A DNA stretch of 64,000 nucleotides from a virus (Duplodnaviria; Caudoviricetes). A model generated the notes under the pieces. The model saw nothing but the letters and a program-made list of their open reading frames with translations. It ran no database searches and had not been told where the DNA came from. A program made the translations under genes and the position numbers. The stretch covers positions 2,106 to 66,105 of the IMG/VR virus record IMGVR_UViG_3300047496_000334; one strand, given 5' to 3'. Of the stretch, positions 18,720-28,345 are shown in pieces (positions within the stretch are counted from its first letter, which is position 1; each line of letters begins with the position of its first letter).

Positions 18720-19244
18720 CTACTCCTTATTAATTGCAGGCCCGCCTGCTAAATGCATATTATACACGAAAAGCGCCCCGACTTGCGGCATTTTTCTACG
18801 ATACAATTCTATCTTCGGCGTAAGACGCTCTGTCGTGTAAATCTGCATACCAAGCGGGCGCTGCGTGGAATCGGACACCCATTTGCCAAATTTGATTAAA
18901 TCCTGGGCATAGGTAGATTTGCGGTAATCTTTATGAACATTATTCCAAAGTTCATAGAGAACCCAGTCATCGCTGTACCATGGCTGGGTATATTCCACTG
19001 CAAGACTTGCAGCTATCCCCTTGTTATCAGGCGCGTCAATAATGCCAATCATAACCAGATGGACAACGCTGCCATTGCCATCTCTGGGTGGATTTATTCC
19101 ATGGTCAATAACACGTCTGACCTTTTCATCGCTAAGAGTGAACATGGCGCTTTCATCATGGCCAGCGCGAACAAAAGCCAAAAGATTATCCCTGTCGCCT
19201 TCATTGCAGAATCTGACATTGGAAACGGGGCTAGGGAATGTCAT
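18720..19244 (-). CDS. GNAT-fold acyltransferase-like virion assembly protein
   Basis: PWYSDD..L.ELW..VH..YRKS..A..L..F pattern; position before ejection genes as for T7 gp13 / P22 gp14. Confidence 0.65.
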   Translation of the reverse strand: MTFPSPVSNVRFCNEGDRDNLLAFVRAGHDESAMFTLSDEKVRRVIDHGINPPRDGNGSVVHLVMIGIIDAPDNKGIAASLAVEYTQPWYSDDWVLYELWNNVHKDYRKSTYAQDLIKFGKWVSDSTQRPLGMQIYTTERLTPKIELYRRKMPQVGALFVYNMHLAGGPAINKE

Positions 19245-20545
19245 ATTTTTACCTTGCTGCCCACAGGATGGGCCAATGATAGCATTTCTTTGGCTATTTT
19301 CTGCCTTTGCAATACTACCCAGTGGTCAAGGATTTTATGCCCTCTTTTTAAGCTGCCAAACTTGTTGATAATCTGCTGAGGCGAGAGCACGTGTTCGCCG
19401 CCCGCAACCACGACAGGAGCCTTGCCATCGTCAGTCTTGCCACCCTTTGCATAGGTTCCGGCACTATTAATGGCCGCAGTATTCACTGTTGGGCCAGATT
19501 GCACACCTGTGGGAGGTTGCCTAGGTTCAGAAGACGGGGGATTGGGAATTTTTACACCGCGGCCTTCACGAATGTTCGGCGCTTTGACGCCATGCGGTTG
19601 AGAGCTAAACATACGATCAATTACAGCAGACCCGGCAAGCGTATTTCCTTCGCCAAGACCAGAAACCACATCTGCAGGGATGACATACGCACCTGTTGGA
19701 ACATTAGTATTTATGGTATCAGTGCGTCCCGGCCCCGCGCTATTAAGCAGGCCGCCGGGATGATAAGTCTCACCTGCTTCACGGCGCATGAGGGAGTTGG
19801 TTAAATCATTTACCTCGCCGCCATCTGCGCGTTCAGTAATTGCACCTCCTTTAGCTGCAAGCATAAATAAGGTTTCCAAAGCCTCTGCGCCTCCGTCTGC
19901 TGCCGCCGCATCTGTAGTGGCCGCCGCTGCAGTTTCTGCCGCAGCAGGAAGAGCAGCATCTGCAGCAGCAGAGCTGCTTCCAAGAGTATCAAGAGACATG
20001 CCGGGTGCGAAGCTGTTCGTGCTCATAAATGGGTCAGCAGACTGAGCATTTGCCCCGCTTAATACCCCGCCATAGCCATTGCCAGCTAATCCACTCTGAA
20101 TGCTTCCTGCCAAACTGGGGTTAGCTCCTGAAAAGAACTGGCCGATTCCGCCATACGCAGATTTAGCTGCGTCCGATAGACCGCTTCCTGCATTAACAAG
20201 GCTGTTAGCTGCTGCGCCTGTCTGCGCAATATCCTGTATGCCGCTTGATTGCTTTTGCGGTTGCGGAGATTGCTCCTTAGGAGGCCCTTGACCGACACTA
20301 AGTTGTGGCGACGTTATAAAACTAACATCAGCATTCGGGATTGCGCTATTGGCGCCGATAGGCTGGAACATATTGGCGCCAATGTTTTCAGCGTTGGCTA
20401 TGCCGCCGCCTGCCAGATGCATACGCGGTGCGGCAATGCCGGTCTTTGCGCCCATTACCTTGCCAATGGCAGAAGGATGGGGAACAAGGCTTCCTAGCGT
20501 TCGCTTGACGTTTAACGGGGCATCTCCAGGTATTGCTATTGGCAT
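19241..20545 (-). CDS. internal virion protein with AxGG repeats and GPG.TD.I...GEHV domain
   Basis: GPGRTDTINTNVPTGAYVIPADVVS.LG.G and VAGGEHVLSP segments. Confidence 0.7.
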   Translation of the reverse strand: MPIAIPGDAPLNVKRTLGSLVPHPSAIGKVMGAKTGIAAPRMHLAGGGIANAENIGANMFQPIGANSAIPNADVSFITSPQLSVGQGPPKEQSPQPQKQSSGIQDIAQTGAAANSLVNAGSGLSDAAKSAYGGIGQFFSGANPSLAGSIQSGLAGNGYGGVLSGANAQSADPFMSTNSFAPGMSLDTLGSSSAAADAALPAAAETAAAATTDAAAADGGAEALETLFMLAAKGGAITERADGGEVNDLTNSLMRREAGETYHPGGLLNSAGPGRTDTINTNVPTGAYVIPADVVSGLGEGNTLAGSAVIDRMFSSQPHGVKAPNIREGRGVKIPNPPSSEPRQPPTGVQSGPTVNTAAINSAGTYAKGGKTDDGKAPVVVAGGEHVLSPQQIINKFGSLKRGHKILDHWVVLQRQKIAKEMLSLAHPVGSKVKI

Positions 20546-20554
20546 GTCAATGTC

Positions 20555-22027
20555 CTAGTCAAAAACAGCAAAATTTACACCAGCAGGGTCCGTTCCTGCG
20601 CTATTTGTCACAATTACCGTTGTAATAGTAAATTGGGAAGAACTGCTTCTGCTAGTGGCATAACTTACTATGGCAGCAGTGGCGCCTGCATCGGGCGACA
20701 CCAGAACCGCATAATTAGAATCTGACAATGGATTGGTCATAGTCACCACATAAATGCCAGGGCCGCTGCGAATTATAGATGTTATGTTTAAGCTCTTTAT
20801 TACACTTAATGAGCTGCCGTTCCATGTAAAATACCCCCATGCTTTTGGAGAGACAAAAGCAGTGGTGGCAACTTTTGTGGAGCTGTCTGCAGCAGTTTGG
20901 GTAACAGCTGTAGATCCGCTGGCAAGCGTAAGAGCCGTGCTATTCACAAAAGCGGTAGTAGCAAGCAAATTAGTGCTTGTTCCTGCTGGCGCGGTTAATC
21001 CATACATTGAAGATGTGGATAGCGAAGAAAGGTTGTTGTTGATGACAGAAAGATAAATATTGCCATTAGCATCCGTGACAAAATAAGAAACAGAACCCTT
21101 GGGCTGAACATAACTTCCGCCTGCTGGCAATGCAAACCCGTTAATCCATATAACGTCAGTACTGTATGGTATCCACGTGACAGGCCCCCCTCCCGCCGTG
21201 ACACTGCAGGAAAAATAATAAGCCAGATTGATTGAAACCTGCGGCAGCGTTATATTAATTGCAGAAGTTGCGATTATTGGCTCAAAGAGATTCGCAAAAC
21301 TCAAAGAAACATTAGCAGATGTCTGAGTCGGAGTTCCGTAGAAAATAACGTTTAAAAGCACCCAGACGGAGCCATTCCAATAAGCTAAATTGGGAGTTCC
21401 TGCAAATATCTGATTGGCGACAAGATTAACCAACCCTACCGCCCCAAGAGTTTGTAGCGGATATGCAGTTCCGCCATTAATAGCAAGTGTAGCGGAACCT
21501 GTATTGTCTGCAGTAGGGGTAAACGTTATAAGAGTTCCGGGGTTTAGCTGAAAATTGGATGGGTAGGTAACGCTACAGGCTAAGGCGTTCGCAGTTCCTG
21601 CGATAGTTCCAAGCGAATATACATACTGCGTGCCTGTCAACCCTCCAACAGTAGGCGGCCCAGATGAGTTATCTACATAAACAGGCGATTGCGTTCCCTG
21701 CGGGACAACAAGTCCTGCAGTGCTGTTGCCAGCCTGTATAGTAATCGTATAGCTTCCTGTAGTCTGATTGTTGATAAAATAAAATCCACCCTGCGCAGGA
21801 AATATGACATTAATGTTTCCAGTCAACGCTCCGGTAAAATTATAAATAAGATTTTGCGCCTGTGAGGTGGTAAGCGTTACATTGGAACTGCCAGCAACAC
21901 TAAGAGACAATGTTCCGCCTAAATTGCTGTCAATAGCAGATAGAATACTGTTGAGGACAACCCCCCATGTGCCGGAATTGGTTCCGGTCTGTTGCAGTGT
22001 ATACCCCTTATTTGGTGTGCTCGTCAT
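20555..22027 (-). CDS. tail fiber protein
   Basis: N-terminal TG.NSGTWG attachment motif, two ATTAFV repeats, C-terminal AW..F..NG...S.NI.SI.R...G.Y domain. Confidence 0.75.
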   Translation of the reverse strand: MTSTPNKGYTLQQTGTNSGTWGVVLNSILSAIDSNLGGTLSLSVAGSSNVTLTTSQAQNLIYNFTGALTGNINVIFPAQGGFYFINNQTTGSYTITIQAGNSTAGLVVPQGTQSPVYVDNSSGPPTVGGLTGTQYVYSLGTIAGTANALACSVTYPSNFQLNPGTLITFTPTADNTGSATLAINGGTAYPLQTLGAVGLVNLVANQIFAGTPNLAYWNGSVWVLLNVIFYGTPTQTSANVSLSFANLFEPIIATSAINITLPQVSINLAYYFSCSVTAGGGPVTWIPYSTDVIWINGFALPAGGSYVQPKGSVSYFVTDANGNIYLSVINNNLSSLSTSSMYGLTAPAGTSTNLLATTAFVNSTALTLASGSTAVTQTAADSSTKVATTAFVSPKAWGYFTWNGSSLSVIKSLNITSIIRSGPGIYVVTMTNPLSDSNYAVLVSPDAGATAAIVSYATSRSSSSQFTITTVIVTNSAGTDPAGVNFAVFD

Positions 22028-22045
22028 GCGCGTATAGCCCTATAT

Positions 22046-22264
22046 TCAATCGCCATAATATCCTAATTTTACCGTGCCGATTCCCGGTAAATTCACTGTT
22101 GCATATCCCTTTAAATTTAAGGGTATTATGCCGCCTGACGTCACGCTGGCAGCCGTGCCTATAAATTGCGGGAATACATTGTTTATCGTTTTTGTTTGCT
22201 GCGCTAATTGCAATGAAATCTGGTTGAGGGCGTTTACCGCATTTTGATTAGGATTGTCTGTCAT
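22046..22264 (-). CDS. small structural protein
   Basis: MTDNPNQNAVNALNQI...; lies between nozzle and fiber genes. Confidence 0.55.
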   Translation of the reverse strand: MTDNPNQNAVNALNQISLQLAQQTKTINNVFPQFIGTAASVTSGGIIPLNLKGYATVNLPGIGTVKLGYYGD

Positions 22265-22265
22265 G

Positions 22266-24293
22266 TTACGGGCGTCTTCCAGATCCGGTTCCAATCCATA
22301 AAAACTCTCCCAGCCTCCAAAAGCTTCCCGAATCACTGCTGCTCATGCTGATTTGGGCAAATCGCCCGCGTCCACGCACAATAATATATTCAGTCGTTCC
22401 GGCTATCCATGTAAAAGTCTTGGAAAACAGAGGAGTATCGTCAGGATAGTTTACCATATTAACTGTTATCTGTATAGAGGCTCCGGTCGTAGCCACAAAG
22501 TCAGGAATCATGCGCTCAAGAAAGATGATAACCAGACCTTCCGCCAGCTTAAAAAAACCGGTCGTTATAGATGATGTCATGGGCGAGCCATCAGCATCAT
22601 TGGTGTTTTCATGCTGCTGAATCAGAGCATTGCCGTCAACCCCGATGGGATTATTGGACAATACGTCATTCTGGTCAAACCACGCAGTCCTTATCAACGT
22701 TCCATAATCCCACGCGCTATCCACCTGATTGAATTTGATATAAGAATCTATTTCCCCGCTTCCCGATAAAGAAACAAAGAAGTAAAAGAATTCATTAAAG
22801 TGGCTATTGGGGGCAAGTAAAAACTTATCCTGTTCGGAAAAATTTGCATTCTGGAAAAAGAAATCCCATACGGCGCAGGATAACGGGGAAACAGCAGCGC
22901 CATTAAATAAATAAAACTGGTTAATTGAGCACCAGTAGACAACGCCGCCAAGCACACCAGCCGACCGCATGGAAATAAGGCCGCACCCCTGCGCTATTTC
23001 ATTAAATCCATAAACAAGCGGAAATCCGATATACTGCTGCAGCCATACACCAAGATCAGTCCAGTGCATTGCATATTGCGGACCTTGCAATGCGCCGACA
23101 ATACGACTCCCCCTTGAAAGCCGGAACGTGCCAGCCTGATTGGTAGCTGTGGCTGTCCAGCTATTGAAATTAGCCACGTCGCACCAGCCGATAAGCATAG
23201 GGTCCTGTGCCATGGTATTGGGATCTATAATTCCATAGGCGATAATCTGCTGTTGGGCCATGGCAACAAAAATTCCGGTGGCTATGGCGGGAGCCCCAGA
23301 TAAAATAACAGCTTGATTTTCAAAGAAGCCAGAAGCTGGATTCCATTCGTAAATAGATCCGCCAATGGGGCAGGCAATTAATATCTGGCCAAACTGGCCA
23401 AAAGTCCATTGTCGCAGTTGCGTTCCTATATTGGATGATGCTCCTATGCCGTAGGGGCCAAGGCCATACCCTCCCTCTCCCCATCCCATAGCTGGAGTGC
23501 TGGACACTGCTCCCGTCTGTAAGAGATATTGAATTCTTACATAGCCACCGTTTTCATATCCAATAGTAGTGGAGTTGGCGGCAACCACCTGAGATATGGT
23601 AAAAGTGCTGGAATTCAGCACAGACTGAACAATATAAGGTCCGCTTAATGTAATACCTGCAATTGTAGTGGAAACATAGACTGTATATATCGAAGTAGTT
23701 GCCGTATAGCCATGATTTGCAAGGGTAACGACAATTGTGCTTTGGCCGTTGTACGTATGAAATTGCGATGTCACGCCACCCGCTATCACATGCGAGGTAG
23801 CGGCAGATGCTGCAGTGATAGTGTAATGAGTGCCATCAATGACACTTTGCACCTGATAGAGTCCCTGCAGGACAATGCCACCAATAGCCACATCGGATGC
23901 AATATTTACCCAATCGCCAGATGACGGGCTGGTATTGGGGTCATAAACAATTATCGTCGCCTGGCCGCTATAAGTGGAGAAAGGCGCAGGATAACCTAAA
24001 TTATTAGTCGCATAAATAGGAGTAATATCGTAAATCGCGCCTTCATTCCAGACTTCTAAACGCTGCTCAGTACCTGCTGCTATATAGCCATCGCCGTTAA
24101 GGGATGCCCATGCGAATAATCCCCGGCAAGTTCCTATAAGGGCGGTGGATGAAAGACGTGACCACCCGCCTAATTTCTGAGCCATCTTTTGAAAAAAGCG
24201 TATAAGCTGCGATGATGAAAAGCCTGCCTCATTCAAGGTTTTTGATTTTTCCGCATTAACCCCTGGGAGCATATTTAACGGTGTTTGCGGCAT
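22266..24293 (-). CDS. tail nozzle / DNA stabilisation protein (P22 gp10-like position)
   Basis: PGVN.E, RF....QKLGGW, QAG.FRL..GS.I, CGLI, RTAW.D, WRLG...GRR C-terminus. Confidence 0.75.
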   Translation of the reverse strand: MPQTPLNMLPGVNAEKSKTLNEAGFSSSQLIRFFQKMAQKLGGWSRLSSTALIGTCRGLFAWASLNGDGYIAAGTEQRLEVWNEGAIYDITPIYATNNLGYPAPFSTYSGQATIIVYDPNTSPSSGDWVNIASDVAIGGIVLQGLYQVQSVIDGTHYTITAASAATSHVIAGGVTSQFHTYNGQSTIVVTLANHGYTATTSIYTVYVSTTIAGITLSGPYIVQSVLNSSTFTISQVVAANSTTIGYENGGYVRIQYLLQTGAVSSTPAMGWGEGGYGLGPYGIGASSNIGTQLRQWTFGQFGQILIACPIGGSIYEWNPASGFFENQAVILSGAPAIATGIFVAMAQQQIIAYGIIDPNTMAQDPMLIGWCDVANFNSWTATATNQAGTFRLSRGSRIVGALQGPQYAMHWTDLGVWLQQYIGFPLVYGFNEIAQGCGLISMRSAGVLGGVVYWCSINQFYLFNGAAVSPLSCAVWDFFFQNANFSEQDKFLLAPNSHFNEFFYFFVSLSGSGEIDSYIKFNQVDSAWDYGTLIRTAWFDQNDVLSNNPIGVDGNALIQQHENTNDADGSPMTSSITTGFFKLAEGLVIIFLERMIPDFVATTGASIQITVNMVNYPDDTPLFSKTFTWIAGTTEYIIVRGRGRFAQISMSSSDSGSFWRLGEFLWIGTGSGRRP

Positions 24294-25048
24294 CAGGGTC
24301 TCGGAGGCTGACTCTCCGGTGCAGGAGAATAGTTGGACCAGTTCTGGCCTTGATTTTTCTGGCGTTGAATTTCACTGAGCACAGAAGCTTTAACTTTTTG
24401 ATATTCCGTTTCCCACTTCGTCACGTCTGCGCCTGCAGGCGCCCCTTGTGGCAAATCAGCATCTTTCTGATACAGCATACCAAATACCATGCAGGCATTG
24501 AGAAACAGATCGGGATAGGTAGTGCCAAGGTAAGTAGTTGTATTGGTAGACGACATGGCAGGTGGACGCGTAATTCCTGTATATTCCAACACATAGTTAG
24601 CATTGGGAGTCGGGGCGACCAGAAGCGTATTCGTATTTAAAAGGCATCCATAAGTAGGTATGGCATTATACGTTGCGCCGCCCTGCTCAACGGGCCAGAT
24701 AATGTCCATCACATCTTTAGAAATCATTTCCAGTCGATTGCGACTTCCGGATGAAGGCTGGGCACCGGCAGGAGTAATAACGTTTACCCCTTGCACCACA
24801 ACGAAGGTGTTTGCAGTAGGTAGCGCCATAGAACGACTGTTGGACTGCAGGGATGTGCTGGAATCTGTAGTGCGGTCGTAGAGGAAATCCAGTTCGCGGT
24901 AGATACGCTGCTCTGCCGCTTCAATAATGCGTGGGAGAATATTGTTGAAATTAGTATCATTAGATGGCGTGGCTGAAGCTGAGTTGGTAATTGTCACTAC
25001 CATCAGCTCACCCAGTGCAGTCGTTAAATCCGAATATGCTATGCTCAT
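24293..25048 (-). CDS. head-tail adaptor protein
   Basis: Y.DL, I..AEQRIYRELD, APTP..NY, YPDL motifs. Confidence 0.7.
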   Translation of the reverse strand: MSIAYSDLTTALGELMVVTITNSASATPSNDTNFNNILPRIIEAAEQRIYRELDFLYDRTTDSSTSLQSNSRSMALPTANTFVVVQGVNVITPAGAQPSSGSRNRLEMISKDVMDIIWPVEQGGATYNAIPTYGCLLNTNTLLVAPTPNANYVLEYTGITRPPAMSSTNTTTYLGTTYPDLFLNACMVFGMLYQKDADLPQGAPAGADVTKWETEYQKVKASVLSEIQRQKNQGQNWSNYSPAPESQPPRP

Positions 25049-25057
25049 TTTCTGTCC

Positions 25058-28006
25058 CTATGGCTCCAGCCATTCAAGTGTATATCCTTCGAGGGTAATT
25101 GTATCTGTTCCCGATGCCAGCACCCCATCAATGTTGAAATACATTGCCTGCGTTGAAGTATTATAGCTCGTTGTAACGTTTGCAGCACCAGAATTACTAA
25201 AGCCAGAATTAGGCGATCCGGCCCCCACCTGAGAACTTACTGAATTTCTATTGCTTATTTGCTGCTGGAATCTCCCGCTGGCAATGGCAGTTACGGTAGT
25301 CCCAAGGAATAAGCTGCCCTGTCCGGCACCTGAAACATTGCCAAAGCGTATATTAATGGTTTTATTATCTGCATTATTGGTTACCGTCCATATGCTGGTC
25401 AGTCGCAATGATCCATTGGCAGATAATAATGCAGCGGGAATAGTAACGTTGGCAAGAGATACTTCGGCAGTAGTTCCTGTAAGGCTATTGCTCACATAGT
25501 TTTGCGCAATAACCGCTTCTCCGGTTGCTGGCTTCCATAAAGAGCCGTTAGAGATAAGAAGTACTCCGGAAGTGCCGAGATCTGTAGCATAGTAGATTTG
25601 CGCATTGGAAGCAGAAGGCTTGGCGGCAAATGTGCCGCTGGGCACCAATCCGCTTTTTTGTGAAGTCCATAACGGACTTGCCGCTGTTCCTGTATTAATA
25701 TATTTTATGCCAGCATTGCTATCAGTGTATTCACTCCCGGTTCCAGCCTTAAGATATCCTGTGCCGTAGGAGCCGCTCGATGGAGCGCCGCTGCCCGTTA
25801 TTTTATACACCCCCCCGGAAATAAGCGTCCCGCCTGAAATGCTGCCACTCATTGCCCCTGAGTTGGAAACTGTAATTGTTTCAGTCCCTGCTCCCACTAC
25901 AGACCCGGCAAAAGTAGTGTTATTGGCATCAGCCCCAAATTGCTGGATAGTAATAATAGCTCCGGAATTTGAAGCGGTCATGCCGGTAGAAGTCACCATC
26001 GAATCAGAATTTATCGCAGCAACCAATGCAGCAGCCATATTTGCCGTAGTTGCCCCGGATGTAACCGTTGAAGTTATTGTGCGTGGGTAATTATAGGTAT
26101 AGGATAGCACCGGATTGCTGATAATCAATTTCAGCACGTCATTATTAGTTGCTGTGCCGCCAATAGTGACTGTGATGCTTCCCGGCGTTATATTCACATC
26201 AGAGTCCCAGACATCCAGTTCACAGGTGGATGGTATGACGCCGGACGTAATGGAATTATATGTCAGCTCAATAGACCCCTTTACCCTTCCATAGCCAACG
26301 CCAGATCCGAAAGTCGCTATTTTATTTATTACCGAAAATACGCTTCCATAACCAGCATCACGATTGCTTGCGGGGATGTCAATGTCATAGCAACTTACGT
26401 AAGCAAGCGAAATAGCAGGGGCTCCAATACTTGAAACATGGCTTGCATCTCCACCGCTGCCTGCAGAAAGCATACTGAAACTTAGTCGTATATTCTCGCT
26501 TACAGTTGTAAGAATACTGCCTATAGCAATCGCCGCAGGCCCCTGAGATCCTAAATTCGACAAACTATGAAAAAATATAGTGCCACGCAAATCTATTAAC
26601 GAACTTGCGTCAATTAACATCGCCGAAGACGCGCCCGTTGGCGTATCTATAATTACCTGGGGGCAGTGAATATTTGAGCTATTTTCCATATACACCCCGG
26701 CCTCACATTGCACCGGATTAAGCTTGGTAATATGAAGATCAGAGCAAAAGTTAAATATGAATCCATAAAAAGCCAACTGAACCTCAAACTCACCCAATTT
26801 TCCATTCAATCCGTAAAATTGGCAATTAAATGTCGGGCCATAGGTAGAGTCAAAACTGCGCGCTGACTGAACGATATTTACATGATCAATAATATAATCG
26901 GAAATGACGCTGCCATACCCCATAAGGTAGGTTTTTCCTCCAGAGACAGTCCAGTCAGCCACCCATGTATTGGAAATAGAAGCCCCGGATCCAGTTCCGC
27001 CTGTAACACTAATATTCCCATTAGCGTCAAAGACCGAGAACCCATTGGCCGCTGTCCATTGGTATGCCTGGAGAACCGGAGGAAGCGCATAAGCCCCAGC
27101 GACAGTTAGGTTTATTCCTGTTATCGTCCCGCTTCCATTAACACTTGCTACTGTTGCAGTGGCAGCTACATAGGGTGCAACTGATGGCCGGCTAAACGTC
27201 AGAACGTCATTCACTGAGTACCCAGTTCCTCCGCTCGTAATTCCAAGTGCTGCCATGGTCCAGTTCTTGCCCACCGCCATGCCTGAACCCCGATCACTAC
27301 CATTGCTGTTGCAGATAATATTAAGTCTTCGAGCGTGCGAACGGGGGACGAGAATGACAGTGGGCTGGTAAAGATTTGCCAATGCTTTGGTAGTTGTGTC
27401 TCCAGTGTAAAAGCCAGTAACCGTTCCGCTCGAACCGGTGCGGACCCAAAAACCATCCATAACCATATTGACATATTCAGGAATGATAACAGGACAGGAA
27501 ACCGGATAAGAACCACGTGGGAAATAGGCATTGACCGAAGCGCGTTGAATCAATCCGTCCGTACCGCTCCCTGCTTTCATAGTTAACGCGACAAGCTGGC
27601 AGTATAAAAGAAACTGCTGGACGGAAGTGGTTACATCCGAAGACGTGATTTTACTTATATTCGCCCATGTAAAATAGTTTATGGAATCTGTATAAGTCGG
27701 ATAACTTGGAAAAACATTTGCAGGCAAAACATTTGTACCGCTATTGCCAACAACATTCTGGGCATTTACAGACGGAACCTGTGGGTAGTATTGCGAGCCA
27801 TTGTAAGCCAATATCTGACCGGTCAATGGAACAGTTGACGACACAGGGATATTCTGTATAGCAGTAGCATTGCCGGAGGTATTGGCAATGCTGGCGCCAA
27901 GTGCATTAATATCATTAAATGCTGCTAAAAAATTATTACGTATGACGCTGGATGAAACCGGATTACCGGGCAACGGGACGTTTGGATTTATAGTGCTGGT
28001 ACTCAC
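25058..28006 (-). CDS. large tail spike/fiber (probable beta-helix receptor-binding protein)
   Basis: ~980 aa Ser/Thr/Gly-rich; S.INP..P..G......R.NF.AA..DI..L N-terminus; GTG start overlaps upstream TGA (ORF track start 28015). Confidence 0.7.
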   Translation of the reverse strand: MSTSTINPNVPLPGNPVSSSVIRNNFLAAFNDINALGASIANTSGNATAIQNIPVSSTVPLTGQILAYNGSQYYPQVPSVNAQNVVGNSGTNVLPANVFPSYPTYTDSINYFTWANISKITSSDVTTSVQQFLLYCQLVALTMKAGSGTDGLIQRASVNAYFPRGSYPVSCPVIIPEYVNMVMDGFWVRTGSSGTVTGFYTGDTTTKALANLYQPTVILVPRSHARRLNIICNSNGSDRGSGMAVGKNWTMAALGITSGGTGYSVNDVLTFSRPSVAPYVAATATVASVNGSGTITGINLTVAGAYALPPVLQAYQWTAANGFSVFDANGNISVTGGTGSGASISNTWVADWTVSGGKTYLMGYGSVISDYIIDHVNIVQSARSFDSTYGPTFNCQFYGLNGKLGEFEVQLAFYGFIFNFCSDLHITKLNPVQCEAGVYMENSSNIHCPQVIIDTPTGASSAMLIDASSLIDLRGTIFFHSLSNLGSQGPAAIAIGSILTTVSENIRLSFSMLSAGSGGDASHVSSIGAPAISLAYVSCYDIDIPASNRDAGYGSVFSVINKIATFGSGVGYGRVKGSIELTYNSITSGVIPSTCELDVWDSDVNITPGSITVTIGGTATNNDVLKLIISNPVLSYTYNYPRTITSTVTSGATTANMAAALVAAINSDSMVTSTGMTASNSGAIITIQQFGADANNTTFAGSVVGAGTETITVSNSGAMSGSISGGTLISGGVYKITGSGAPSSGSYGTGYLKAGTGSEYTDSNAGIKYINTGTAASPLWTSQKSGLVPSGTFAAKPSASNAQIYYATDLGTSGVLLISNGSLWKPATGEAVIAQNYVSNSLTGTTAEVSLANVTIPAALLSANGSLRLTSIWTVTNNADNKTINIRFGNVSGAGQGSLFLGTTVTAIASGRFQQQISNRNSVSSQVGAGSPNSGFSNSGAANVTTSYNTSTQAMYFNIDGVLASGTDTITLEGYTLEWLEP

Positions 28007-28344
28007 GGTTCCCACTCCGCATCACCCTCATCCCAATAAAGTCCTGGCTGATTATAAACCGGAGTAGGTCCGCCCGCGTTTTCTTCAATGGCAAAGGGTT
28101 CCACACGAGGATCTAAAACCGGCACCGGGTCGGGAGGCAGCTTAACAGGGCGATAGCCCTCATACGGTTTATCCATGCAAGGCGGGCATACGCGGAAGCG
28201 CGTATTGGTCAGGGTATCGCCACGATACTCATATTGATATTGAAGCTTGCTGAGCTCCCATTGCTGAGTACAGCGATCACATGAGCCATGGGCTCTGCCC
28301 GCATATGGATCGGGCGAATAGGAACCGTGATAGCGCCATGCCAT
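28003..28344 (-). CDS. conserved Cys-containing virion-module protein
   Basis: CDRC....L...Y.......VCPPC.D.P......PPDP.P..DPR pattern. Confidence 0.7.
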   Translation of the reverse strand: MAWRYHGSYSPDPYAGRAHGSCDRCTQQWELSKLQYQYEYRGDTLTNTRFRVCPPCMDKPYEGYRPVKLPPDPVPVLDPRVEPFAIEENAGGPTPVYNQPGLYWDEGDAEWEP

Positions 28345-28345
28345 G

